A stretch of DNA of 64,000 bases, taken from assembly GCF_963921235.1 (NCBI RefSeq), contig NC_086108.1, positions 59,584,001 to 59,648,000 on the forward strand, written 5' to 3'. The DNA is from Mobula hypostoma. Taxonomy: Eukaryota. The notes beneath the pieces are model-generated. The model was given only the letters and a program-made list of their open reading frames with translations. It was not told the origin of the DNA and did not search any database. This document shows positions 51,851 through 64,000 of the stretch, piece after piece. The translations under genes and the position numbers were made by a program. Every line of letters starts with the position of its first letter. Position 1 is the stretch's first letter.

Positions 51851-53229
51851 AACACGTTATGTCCTTGCTGGTCAATAAGAGCAACTCAGTCCAATTCCTA
51901 CTAACAGTGATCGGCCCACAGTTGTACCGATCACATTTCTTCAAGTACACTTTCACATTCTGTTAGATTGTGATAAGGATTTCTGCCTCTTTCCCCCTTT
52001 CCAGCAGAGTTTGAGAACCGCACTACCTCGGCAAAAAAATCTTTCCTCATCTGTCCTCTATTGTTTGACTAGTAGAACAGCCAAAAAACATTAACACATC
52101 CGATTTGGCTCCAGTGGTGTAAATCAAATGTGGGAGGATAAGTACAAGTGCTAAAGTGCCTGAGATTTCCTGGTCAGATCAGTTGCCTATTTACAGAACC
52201 ATGGGGAATTTGTGTCCTGTATGTGGAAAATTACAGGTGAAATTAATTGGGTCGAGTTTAGGGAACAAAAATCCTCAAAGCCTTTAAGAAAGACTCTCAA
52301 AGTTCATGTGATTCACAATCAGATGTTTACAAGGCTGGTCATGATCAAACAAAATCTCAAATGAAGTCTAGCCAACGTTCTCCGTCACCAGCTATTCCAG
52401 TCCCATTATATGTCAGCATCAGAACAAACCTGTACTTAACTTAGTGCTGTCCTGCATCTCATGTCCTGTTACCTATATCATATGGAACAATACAATCAGT
52501 ATTATCTTGGCCATTGCTATTTCATAGCTGACAATCACTTTCTCATGAAACACAATGCAAAATGTGTCATGCACTGTGGGGTGTTTCAGAGATCCATTGA
52601 GAATATCACACTGTCAAGTTTTCACATGTGTCTCTGACAACAGGCCTGCTGTCATAACCTAGCTTTAGAGCTAAAGCTAACTGTTTGCATGAATCATTTG
52701 CCAGAACATTCTGGAACCTGCTTGCAGACTCTTCTGTAAGAACAGAACACGTCAAACAGGAAATTTTGAAGTTCAGTGCAAAGTTGTTATACACAAGTGA
52801 ATGAAATTCTTTTCAAAACCAGCAATGCAATAATAATTGGATGGTTTGTATGAAATGAGTTCATTACCCATGTTTATGGTGTACATACATGTATACAAAT
52901 TGGCATTGGTATTGGCATCATATAAAATCAAACACTCCAGTTGATATCAAACTTCTTCCATATGTAGAAGGGCTCGGACACTTAAGTGGGTAATTACCCA
53001 AGGTCTGAGGATTGCCACTTGCTTCCTGATCAGATAAATGGCTAAATCTTATCTGGGCCTCTGTGATAGATTCACAGCCATTTCCCTAAGTTTTCATTGT
53101 TAGGAATTGCATTCCAAATCAAATACAGTATCTGCCAAAATCCTCAGTCCACATCCCTTCCTATCTACACCACCACCACTCAGACTTCACTCTCACATAA
53201 CTTCCTTTGTGTGTAAGTTTAGAGTTTTC

Positions 53230-53540
53230 CTCATACCTATCAGTAAACTCCAAGACCTGGGCCTCAATACCTCCTGTGTAATTGGATCCTGGATTTCCTC
53301 ACTTGTAGACTCCAACCGGTTTGGATTGGCAAAAATATCTCCTCCACAATCACCATCAGCACAGGTGCACGACAGGGCTGTGTACTTAGCCCACTGCTCT
53401 ACTCGCTTCATATCTATGACTGTGTGACTATGTACAGTTCCAACACCATATACAGGTTTGCTGATGACACCAATGTTGTGGGCTGTATCAAATCTGTTGA
53501 TGAATCAGCATACAGGAGGGAGATTGAAAATTTGGCTGAG
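53230..53540 (+). mobile_element. Rex1/Babar-like RT fragment
   Basis: [28 protein letters not shown] remnants. Confidence 0.7.
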
Positions 53541-53599
53541 TTCAAAGGTTGAAGTGAATTGACTTTATTACCTACATCCTTCATATACATGAGTGATCA

Positions 53600-56500
53600 T
53601 AAACAGTGCGATCGCGGGACAGTCGCAGCAGGAGGAGGAGCGAGGGGCTTGGGAGAGCGCTGACTGTTGGGAAGCAGCTGAGGAGCTGAGGTGAGTGTAC
53701 TTTAAAAGGAGCATGGAGGGCAACTGAAGGGTTAAACAGAGTGTTGATTAGTTGACTAGAGGGAGTGAGTACTTGAGATAATTGGCAGGGACAAATAAAA
53801 GGAGGGATAACTGAAGAAGCACTGCCAATGTGTGAGTAGCTCAGGGTAGGCTTTGAGGCTTTGAGGTTTTGAGGTTTTGAGGTTTTGAGGTTTTGAGGCT
53901 TTGAGGCTTTGAGGCTTTGAGGCTTTGAGGCTTTGAGGCTTTGGCTAGCAGAGGCTGAGGACAAGTCTGCTCCCAGTGAGGTAAGGCTGGGTAAGTTCCT
54001 TTAATTAATTTAATTAACTTGGGAGTAAGTAATGGAGGCAGCAGTTAGGCCAGTTGAGTGCTCCATATACAGTATGTGGGAAGTCAGGGACAGCACAATT
54101 GTCTCTGATGACTACACCTGTAAAAGAATCATCCAGCTGCAGCTCCTGAGAAATTGAGTTAGGGAACTGGAGCTGGAGCTGGATGAACTTTGGATCATTC
54201 GGGAGGCAGAGGCAGAAATAAACAGGAGTTACAGGGAGATGGTCACCCCTAAGAGTGAGGAGACAGGTAGCTGGGTGACTGTCTGGAGAGGGAAGGGCAG
54301 AGCACCCCTGTGGCTGTTCCCATCAACAATAAGTATACTGTTCTGGATACTGTTGGTGGGGCTGACCTACTCGGGACAAGTTGTAGTGGTTGTGTCTCTG
54401 GCACCAAGACTGGACCCTCAGCTCAGAAAGGAAGGAGGGAAAAGAGGAGAGCAGTAGTGATAGGGGATTTGATAGTTAGGGGGACAGATAAGAGGTTCTG
54501 TGGAGAGATCGATGGTCTGTTGCCTCCCTGGTGCCAGGGTCCACGATATCTCAGATCAAGTTCTCGGTATTCTCAGGAGGGAGGGTGAGTAGCCAGATGT
54601 CATGGTCCATGTAGGGACCAATGACGTGGATAGGAAGGAGGAGGAGGTCCTGCAAAGAGAGTTTAGGGAGTTAGGTGCAAAGTTGAAGGACAGTACCTCC
54701 AAGGTTGAAATCTCAGGATTGCTACCCATTCCACATGCTGGTGAGGTTAGAAATAGGAAGATAATGCAGCTAAATACATAGCTAAGGAGATGGTGCAGGA
54801 GGGAATGCTTCATGTTTCTAGACAATTGGGCTTTGTTCCAGGGGAGGTGGGATCTGTTCCGACAGGATGGGTTGCACCTGAACTGAAGGAGAACTAACAT
54901 CCTTGTGGGTAGATTTGCTAGTGCTGCTCTGAGGGGTTTAAACTAGATTTGCAGGGGGAGGGGAAGCAGAGTGTTAGAGCAGATAATGAGGTGGGAAGGA
55001 TAAAGGTCATGTGAGAACTGCATGTATAGACAGAAATCAAAGGTTTGTCCATGATAGAAATGTTCTCAGGTGCATCTATTTCAATGCAAGGAGTATTGTA
55101 GGTAAGGCAGATGAGTTTAGGGCGTGGATTGGCATGTGGGATTACGACATTATTGCTGTTAGTGAGACTTGGTTGTAGGAGGGGCAGGACTGGCAGCTTA
55201 ATGTTCCAGGTTTCTGTTCTTTCAGACGTGATAGAGGGGGAGGAGTGGCATTACTAGTCAGGGAGAATATCACAGCTGTGTGTAGACAGGACAGCCCAGA
55301 GAGCTTATCTACAGAGGCTATATGGGTGGAGCTGGGGAACAGGAAAGGTGTGACCACACCAATGGGGTTGTATTATAGACTGCCCAATAGTCAGAGAGAA
55401 TTGGAGGAGCAAATCTGTAGAGAGATAGCAGACCAATGTAAGAAACAGAAAGTTGTAATAGGGGATTTTAACTTTCCACATATTGACTGGGACTCCCACA
55501 CTGTAAAAGGGCTAGATGGCTTGGAGTTTGTCAAATGTGTTCAGGAAAGTTTTCTAAATCAATATACAGAGATGAGAGAAGGTGCACTATTTGATCTCCT
55601 ATTAAGGAACCAGACAGGTCAGGTGACAGAAGTATGTGTCGGCGAACATTTTGGGTCCAGTGACCATAATGTCATTAGTTTCAAGTTAATTATGGATAAG
55701 GATAGGTCTGGCCCTCAAGTTGAGGTTCTAAATTGGAGAAGGGCCAATTTTGTAGAAATGCGAAAGGATCTAGGAAGAGTGGATTAGGATAAGTTATCTT
55801 CTGGCAAGGATGTGTTCAGTAAGTGGAAGGCCTTCAAAGGCGAAATTTTGAGAGTGCAGAGTTTGCATGTTCTTGCCAGGATTAAAGGCAAAGTTAACAG
55901 GCATAGGGAACCTTGGTTTTCAAGGGATATTTCTGATCTGGTTAAGAAAAAGAGAGAGGTGTATAGCAGGTATAGGCAACAAGAAACAAATGAGGTACTT
56001 GAAGAGAATAGAAAATGTAAGAAAATACTAAAGAAGGAAATCAGGAAGGCAAAAGAAGACATGAGGTTGTTTGGCAGATAATGTGAAGGTAAACCCAAAG
56101 GGTTTCTACAAGTATATTAAGAGTGAAAGGATAGTAAGGGACAAATTTGGTCCGCTAGAAGATCACAGTGGTTGTCTATGTGTGGAGCCTCACGAGATTG
56201 TGGAGATCTTAAACAGTTTTTTTTTGCATCAATATTTACTCTGGAAACTGGCATAGTGTATATGGAAGGAAGGGAAACAAGCAGTAGTGTCATGGAACAT
56301 ATAGAGATTAAAGAGGAGGAGGTGCTTGCTGCCTTACAGAGAATAAAGGTAGATAAATCCCCCAGGCCTGACAAGATATTTTCTCAGACTTTTACAGAGA
56401 CTGGTATAGAAATTGCAGTGGCCCTGGCAGAAATATTTAAAAATTCCTTAGCCACGGGTGTGGTGCCAGAGGATTGGAGGGTAGCTCATGTTTTTCTGTT

Positions 56501-57203
56501 GTTTGAAAAAGGCTCCTAAAGTAAACCAGGTAATTACAGACATCAGTTGTAGGTAAATTATTGGAAGGTGTTCTGAGAGATCAGATATACAAATATCTGG
56601 ACAGCCAAGGGCTGATTAAGGATAGTCAGTATGGCTTTGTGCGTGGTAGATCGTATCTAACAAATCTTGTAGAGTTTTTCGAGGAGGTTACCAAGAAAGT
56701 AGATGAAGGAAAGGCTGTGGATGTTGTCTACATGGACTTTAGTAAGGCCTTTAACAAGGTCCCACATGGGAGGTTAGTTCATAAGGTTCAGACACTAGGT
56801 ATCCATGGAGAGGTTGTAAACTGGATTCAAAATTGGCTGTGTGGGAGAAGACAGAGCGGTAGTGGATGATTGCTTCTCAGACTGGAGGCCTGTGACTAGT
56901 GGTGTGCCTCAGGGATCTGTGCTGGGTCTATTGTTGTTTGTTGCCTATATCTATGATCTAGATGATAATGTGGTAAATTGGATCAGCAAGTTTGCTGATG
57001 ACACTAAGATTGGAGGCGTTGTGGACAGTGAGGAAGGCTTTCAAAGCTTGCAGAGTGATCTGGCCCAACTAGAAAAATGGGCCAGAAAATGGCAGATGGA
57101 ATTTAATGCAGACAAGTATGAGGTGTTGCATTTTGGAAGGACAAATCAAGGTAGGACATACACAGTAATTGGTAGGGCACTGAGGAGTGTGGAGGAACAA
57201 AGG
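53600..57203 (+). mobile_element. CR1 LINE with 5' UTR, ORF1 (zinc finger plus esterase) and ORF2 (APE plus RT); 3'-truncated and degenerate
   Basis: AVVIGDLIVRG, VHVGTND, FNARS, GDFNFPHIDW, SDH, YMDFSKAFNKVPH, SGVPQGSVLG, KFADDTK. Confidence 0.92.
53848..53943 (+). repeat. Tandem repeat of 12 x 8 bp AGG(C/T)TTTG in the CR1 5' UTR
   Basis: Counted directly: 2 C-units, 4 T-units, 6 C-units. Confidence 0.95.
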
Positions 57204-58820
57204 GATGGTAGCAGCTGGAACAGTTTGTGGTTGGGGTGACTCAGGTCTCCAATGATCCTTTGGGTCCTTTTTACATATTTGTCTTTGTAAATATCCCGAA
57301 TAGTGGGAAGTTCACATCTACAGATGCACTGGGCTGTCCGCACCACTCTCTGCAGAGTACTGCGATTGCGGGAAGTACTGTTCCCATACTAGGCAATGAT
57401 GCAGCCAGTCAGGATGCTCTCAATCGTGCCCCTATAGAAAGTTCTTAGAATTTGGGGTGCCATACCAAACTTTTTCAATTGCCTGATATGAAAGAGGTCC
57501 AGTTGTGCCTTTTTCACTACACAGCTGGTGTGTACAGAACACGTGAGACCCTCAGTGATGTTTATGCCGAGGAACTTAAAGCTGTTCACCCTCTCAACCC
57601 CAGATCCATTGATGTCTTTCGGGGTGAGCCTGTCTCCATTCCTCCTGTAGTCCACAACCAGCTCCTCTGTTTTTGCGACATTGAGGGAGAGGTTGCTTTC
57701 TTGACACCACTGTGTCAGGGTGATGACTTCCTGTCTGTAGGCCGCCTCATTATTATTTCAGATTAGGCCAATTAGTGTAGTGTTGTCAGCAAATTTAATT
57801 AGCAGATTGGAGCTGTGGATGGTGACACAGTCTTGCGTATATAGAGAGTAAAGGAGAGGGCTTAGTACACAGCCTTGAGGGGCACCTGTGTTGAGGGTCA
57901 GAGGAGCAGAAGTAAGGGAGCCCACTCTTACCACGTGCTGGCGATCTGACAGGAAGTCCAGGATCCAGCTACACAAGGCAGGGTGAAAGGCTGAGATCTC
58001 TGAACTCCTTGTCGAGCCTGGAGGGAATTCTTGTGTTGAATGCTGAACTGTAGTCCAAGAACAGCATTCTCACATAAGCATCCTTCTCCAGGTATGTAAG
58101 GACGGTGTGTAGAGCTGAGGCTATTGCGTCGTCTGTTGATGGTCTGTGTCGGTAGGTGAATTGTAGGGGATCCAGTGTGGGTGGCAGCATACTGCAGATG
58201 TAATCCTTGACCAGCCTCTCAAAGCATTTGCTTATTATTGAGGTGAGTGTGACAGGACATCAGTCATTCAGACATGCTACCTTGGTCGTTTTAGGTACAG
58301 GGACAATGGTGGATGTTTTGAAGCAGGAGGGCACTCTACACTGGGAGAGGGAGAGATTAAAAATGTCTGCAAACACACGAGCCAGTTGTGCTACACACTC
58401 TGAGTACCCGCCCTGGGATGCCATCAGGTCAACCGTTGGGGCCTTGCAACCGTTGGAAACACATACTTCAGCCTCAGAGATGACCAAGCTGCCAGTCGCA
58501 TCATCTGCAGGTCTCCTCAGGGGCTCAGTATTGGTGACATCGAGTCGAGTGTAAAAAAGATTTAGCTCGTCTAGGAGAGAGGCATTGAAGTTGGAAACTC
58601 CACTGCGTTTAGCTTTGAAGTCTGTGATGGTGTGCAGACCTTGTCATAAGCTGCGTGTGTTGTTGATGGAAAGTTGAGTCTGAATCTTGTCTCTGTATTG
58701 TTGCTTCACTGCCTTGATGACTTTGCACAGATCGTAGTTGCATTTATTGAGCTCCTGCTGACTGCCAGCATCTAAGCTCTGTCGGGTGGTAAGTGCTGCT
58801 TGCACAGAACTGTTGATCCA
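57204..58820 (-). mobile_element. Rex1/Babar-like LINE RT region
   Basis: [45 protein letters not shown]. Confidence 0.87.
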
Positions 58821-59724
58821 GGTTTAAAGGTTTATTTATTGTAAGAACACAAGACCATAATTATCAAGGTATACAACTCAGAAATTCTTCAGTTCTCCAG
58901 GTAGCCATGAAACCAAGAAAGAAAAAGAAAATAAAGACAACATGATCATCAACCCAGAAATCCCACCTCCCCACAAAATAAAAAGAACAAAAACAGAACA
59001 GGCACATTAACCACCGCCCCCCCCATCCCTACCCCGCACAAAAAAAGCAAACAAAATGGATCAGACACATCAACCCCCAAATCCCTCCTCCCTCACAAAA
59101 AACGAGCAAAATGGCCCTGGAACATCGACCCCCAAATCCCACCCCCCCAAAAAAAAACAAGAACATCAGGCAAAAAACACAGCATATAAAAACTGTAAGA
59201 CTGAAAAATAGTCTATAGTTCAAAGTCCACATCCAAAATGCAAAAAAACCTGGACAATACTCTTCGGTCCCAGACACAGCAGTAGGGCTTTCCCTCTCCA
59301 GTATAGAGCAACCGATCAAAAGACAGGCAGCCAGCACTCACCTTCTGCACTCGTTTTGATGCTTCAATCATCCTCATTCCTTTGGTCAGCGATCAATGTG
59401 AGCTTTAATCAGCAAAATGGAGCCAAATGTTAGCTTACACACCGTCCTACACCCTGCCCATTATGAGGTACACACATGTTCTCAGAGACTGCAGAGTGTT
59501 GGAACACCCAAACAATCTCCAAACTTCTGCACTCAGCGTGATGTTTCAATCGCCCTCAATCGGCAAACAATCGAAGCTATAATCAGTGAAATGGGGTCAA
59601 ACATCAGCTTGCTCACCATCCTGCAAACTCCTTGCTATGAGGTTCAATCAAGCTGCCTCTGCCTTCCAGAATGTCGGAAACAGCGCCCTACTGATCTCCG
59701 AACAGCGAAACACAGGCTCCGAGA

Positions 59725-60586
59725 GCCCATAGCATGGTGTAATAACAACAATCTCTCACTCCATGTCAGCAAGACCAAGGAACTGATTGTATCAGGAAAG
59801 GGAAACCAGAGGTTCATGAACACAGCAATCGTCGGAGAACCAGAGCTGGAGAGGGTAAGTAACTTTAAATTCCTGTGTGTCACTATCCCAGAGTATCTGT
59901 CCTGGACCATCATAAAAGTATAATTTTAGAAGAAAGCAGAACAGTGCCTATACTTCCTCAGGAGCCTGCGGAGATTCAACATGTCATCAAGAACCTTGGC
60001 CAACTTCTATAGATATGTAGTGTACAATGTGTTGATTGGTTGCATTATGGCTTGGTATGGGACCACCAAAGCCTCTGAATGGAAAATCCTACAAAACGTA
60101 GTGGATATGACCCAGAACATCATAGGTAAAACCCTCCCAACCACTGAGCACATCTACATGAAATGTTGCTGTAGAAAAGCAGCATCCATTATTAAAGATC
60201 CCTACTACCCAGGCCATGCTCTTTTCTCACTGCTCCCATCAGGTAGAAGGTACGAGTGCCTCAGGACTTGCAGCACCAGGTTCAAGAACAGTTACTATCC
60301 CTCAATCATCAGGCTCTTGAACAAAAGGGCATAACTACACTCATTTTACAGATGGAGTTCCCACAACCAATGGTTTCACTTTAAGGACTTCTAATCTTGT
60401 TATTTCATGCTTGTTATTTATTGCTGTTTATTTATATCTGCATTTGCACAGTTTGTTGTCTATTGATCCTGCTTACAGTTACTGTTCTATAGATTTGCTA
60501 AGTATGCCTAAAGAGAAAGAATCTCAGGGCTGTATGTGGTAACATGTTTGTACTCTGATAATAAACTTTACTTTGAACTTTGAACT
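59725..60586 (+). mobile_element. Rex1/Babar-like LINE 3' portion (related to 24411-25440)
   Basis: WCNNNNLSLHVSKTKELIV, LLPSGRRY..RFKNSYYP; aataaactttactttgaactttgaac tail. Confidence 0.85.
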
Positions 60587-61683
60587 CTGTGATCCTCTCT
60601 CTCCATAATTGGAGGAAATTATGTTAGAAAGCCTTTAGTACAGGTCTTGTATATACAAACATGAATCTCATACACTGTTTCTGCTCAGGAGTTATTTGCA
60701 GTTATGATCTCACAAATAATGGCATTAGTCCCAAACAAACTCAGATTGCTCTTTTGCTGTGCAGTTTTAAGTGTAAAAAGTTTCAATTCCACTTCAGCCA
60801 TTTAACTAGCCCCTTGTGTCATTTTCCTCCTTGGGAAACAATTGGCGTCTATCAAAGTGCCAGCAGGAAAAAAATAATTGAACAAAATAAGATTTCAAAC
60901 AGCCGCAGTACTTCAGGATTCTTCTTAAAAACTTATGGCATCTACTTATTCGCACTACAGGGCAGCAAGTAATTGCAAACATCCTGATTCTACACACATG
61001 TAGCATCTTTTACACCTCTGGGTATTCATCACCATCCTAAGGAGTTGTATATTTAATGTTTCAGTAATATTTGAGTGATATTGAAAATATGTTGTTTGAT
61101 TAAGTATTCTTGTTCATTTAAATAATTCATTATGGGTTATATGTAAAAGTATGCTCATAGCATACATCACTACACCACCAGGTCATACGTGTGTGTCTCA
61201 CTTAAAGTGAAAAAACAAAGTTAGACTCGTATTCCAAACTCCCTTGTTTTCCTTCAATTAGTTTTTTTTATATTTTGGAGTTACAAAATATAACAGTGGC
61301 AAAGAGGAAATATTAAACAAACCTGAGCCAACTATCTGCCTGTTGAAGTACAGTGAGGCATCTGAGTTTAAAAAGCACCCAAAAACAATCAAGTTTAAAA
61401 AAAAACAGCACAGCATGTGCTCTTCAGAAGGGAAGACATGATCGAGTGTAATAAAGGCAGAAAACAGAAGATTTCACGGTGAATAAACAATGAGTACTGT
61501 GTGATAATAATCACAAAAAAAGAGCAGAAATGGCTGGCTATTTCAGAAAGATTGATGTGCTTGGTACACAACAGATAACTGGCTCATGTATTCTGAGTTA
61601 ATTAAGCAGCATTTTGAAGCAAATGAAATAGCTAGCTTTATTGAGGGCATTGGATTTGAAGGCATACAGTTTGCTTACAAATT

Positions 61684-62087
61684 CTGGTAATGCCTCCTCA
61701 CCTCCTTCACCATTCCCTTCTCACCTTATCTCCTTGCCGGCCCATCACCTCCCACTGGTGCTCCTTCTCCTTTCTTCCGTGGCCTTCTGTCCTCTCCTAT
61801 TGGACTCCCCCTTGCCTAGTCCTCTATCTGTTTCACCAATCAACTTCCCAGCTCTTCACTTCATCCCTCCCTCTCCCTCCCTCTCCCAGTATCACCTATC
61901 ACCTTTTAATTCTCTCTCCTCTCCCCCACCTTTTAAATCAACTCCTCATCATTTTTTCTCCAGTCCTGCCAAAGGGTCTCGGTCTGAAAAGTTGACGGTA
62001 CTTTTTTCCATTGATCTGCTTGGCCTGCTGTCCCTCCACCATTTTGTGTGTGTTACTTGGAATTCTAGCATCTGCAGTTTTTTTCTT
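61684..62087 (+). mobile_element. Older-subfamily PLE pseudo-LTR inserted in Gypsy gag
   Basis: TSD gtttgctt(a/g)caaatt at 61669-61683 and 62088-62102; variant core ctgccaaaggg at ~61966. Confidence 0.82.
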
Positions 62088-62530
62088 GTTTGCTTGCAAA
62101 TTTAACTGCCTCAACCAAATCAATCGAAATGAGCATTGCTGATATTGTGAAATTAATGTAGGAACATTTAGAATTGAAATGATTGTTGACTGCAGAACAA
62201 GTTAGGTTTCATAAGTGGAATCAAAAGGAATGGGAGTCCATTTAAGTGTAAGTGGCTGAATTGAAGAAGTTGTATGAGCACTGTCAGTTCAAAGGTGGCC
62301 TTAATGATACACTGAGTGATCATCCAGTTTGTGGAATCTTACAAAAAGGCATTGAAAACTGGCTGCTCACTGAAGCACAGCTGAAACTTAAAAGAGCAGT
62401 TGAAATACATGTCTCAATGGAAACAGCAGTCAGAGAAGCTGTCAGGAATGAAAGTGAGTGTGAACAAAATTCTAAGCAGACAACTACCTGGGCGAACAAA
62501 TAGTGTTAGCATTGTGGCACGGACTCCTAT

Positions 62531-63130
62531 ACTTTACTTTATTGTCACCAAACAATTGATACTTGGGCATACAATCATCACAGCGATATTTGATTCTGCG
62601 CTTTGCGTTCCCTGGAGTACAAATCAATAGTAAATATTAAAAATTTAAATTATAAATCATCATTAGAAAATAGAAAAGGGAAAGTAAGGTAGTGCAAAAA
62701 AGCAGGTCCGGATATTTGGAGGATACGGCCAGATCCGGGTCAGGATCCATTCAGCAGTCTAATCACAGTTGGAAAGAAGCTGTTCCCAAATCTGGCCATA
62801 TGAGTCTTCAAGCGCCTGAGCCCTCTCCCGAAGGGAAGAGGGATGAAAAGTGTGTTGGCTGGGTGGGTCGTGTCCTTGATTATCCTGGCAGCATTGCTCC
62901 AACAGCGTGCGGTGTAAAGTGAGTCCAAGGACGGAAGATTGGTTTGTGAGTTGTGCTGGGCTGTATTCACGGTCTTCTGCAGCTTCTTCTGGTCTTGGAC
63001 AGGACAAATTCCATACCAGGTTGTGGGGCACCCTAGAAGAATGTTTTCTACGGTGCATCTATAAAAATTAGTAAGGGTTTTAGGGGACAGGCCAAATTTC
63101 TTTAGCTTTCTCAGGAAGTAAAGGCGCTGG
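62531..63130 (-). mobile_element. Rex1/Babar-like 3' end inserted in Gypsy gag
   Basis: QRLYFLRKLKKFGL..RFGNSFFPTVIRLLNGS; aataaagtaaagta tail. Confidence 0.87.
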
Positions 63131-63381
63131 ACCAGACCAATACAGGTTTCGTGGTGAAACTTGCAGAAAATGCAACAAAGTAGGACACATACAAAAAGCA
63201 TGTCAGGCAGACAAAAGTAAATGTACTGCACCTGGAAGAAAAAAAGCTAAAAAGTCAAGTTGCAGTTTCAAAAAGAGCACTAATCTGCATGCTATTGATG
63301 AAAGATCAAATAATGATGACATATAGACAGGACTGGGTAGCCTTGAGATTTATAATATGAAAAGTAACAATAGATAAGCAA

Positions 63382-63486
63382 CATACATCAAAGTTGCTGG
63401 TGAACGCAGCAGGCCAAGCAGCATCTATAGGAAGAGGTGCAGTCGACGTTTCAGGCCGAGACCCTTCGTCAGGACTAACTGAAGGA
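63382..63486 (-). mobile_element. ~105 bp PLE mini-insertion comprising the hammerhead and pseudo-LTR terminus
   Basis: Direct repeat agataagcaa at 63372-63381 and 63487-63496. Confidence 0.88.
63440..63477 (-). ncRNA. Minimal hammerhead ribozyme motif (intact core)
   Basis: Reverse complement identical to 22934-22971. Confidence 0.82.
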
Positions 63487-64000
63487 AGATAAGCAATTTG
63501 GCTTTCACAAGAAGTGAATGGTAAATTAATGAAAATGGAATTTGACACTGGCTCAGTTGTTTCAGTTCATTTCACAAAATGAGTTGAATTGGCATTTCAA
63601 AGGTACTGAACTGAAAATATCCAGCTGAGGATTTTTAGTGGAGAAAAGATAACTCCTGTGAGAATGACTTTTGTAACAGTGAAATACAGCAGCCAACAAG
63701 CCACATTGGGCTTGTATGTGATAAAAAAAACATTAGGGGGGGCATGATTCGCTGAGACAGCTACAACTCAATTGGAGATCTATCCACTATTTGCATTCCA
63801 CGTACCCTGCAAAAGAGCCAACTGCAAGGGAATTAAGAAAGGTACTGGATGATGTGACAGGAGTATTCAGGGATGGCACTGGAAAACTCAAACATATAAA
63901 GGGTAAAACAGTGTTAAATGGAAATACCACACTCAGGTTTTACAAAGCCTGTTGGGTTCCCTATACCATCCGTGATAAAGAAGCCAGTGAAGCTGAGGAT

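Larger units (their letters stand above)
61046..64000 (+). mobile_element. Gypsy LTR retrotransposon 5' part: LTR (~61046-61295), PBS-like site, degenerate gag, protease and start of pol
   Basis: tgtatattt...aaatataaca LTR ends followed by tggcaaagagg; gag-like AELKKLYEHCQF..LNDTL..VCGI; protease MEFDTGS at ~63535; runs off the window. Confidence 0.82.

Noticed and set aside
53581..53964. ORF with SLKASKPQ repeats; the array as CRISPR-like or telomeric
   Set aside because: It is the antisense translation of the 8 bp tandem repeat; there are no spacers, no cas genes, and the unit is not TTAGGG.
790..64000. The two Gypsy relics as halves of one element
   Set aside because: They are on opposite strands ~57 kb apart and share no overlapping region or LTR, so this cannot be supported.
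1..64000. Prokaryotic RT or nuclease systems (retron, group II intron, CRISPR, defence island)
   Set aside because: All RT and nuclease motifs fit eukaryotic CR1, Rex, RTE, L1, Gypsy, PLE or Tc1 elements, and there is no operon-like structure.

Overview
This is eukaryotic (vertebrate) DNA made mostly of nested transposable-element relics, with no recognisable host protein-coding gene. The mix of elements suggests a cartilaginous fish or other fish, which is inference only. It contains CR1 LINEs, Rex1/Babar-like LINEs, RTE-clade LINEs, an L1 3' end, two Gypsy LTR-element relics, candidate solo LTRs, two SINEs, a Tc1 transposon and MITEs. The most notable structure is a family of Penelope-like elements (PLEs; RT plus GIY-YIG endonuclease with a Cys-rich linker). 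Their 3' pseudo-LTRs carry a minimal hammerhead ribozyme (CUGAnGA-stem II-GAAA-CGUC), with about ten copies in the window. These include a ~3 kb near-perfect palindromic insertion (20082-23033), a second inverted insertion whose arms appear to come from different subfamilies (35754-37659), and two ~105-140 bp ribozyme-bearing mini-insertions. Eight insertions have visible 10-15 bp target-site duplications (TSDs). Hammerheads in PLEs are a known phenomenon, and I found no wholly new biological system I can support. All family assignments are by eye from motifs, not database searches, and boundaries without a TSD are approximate.
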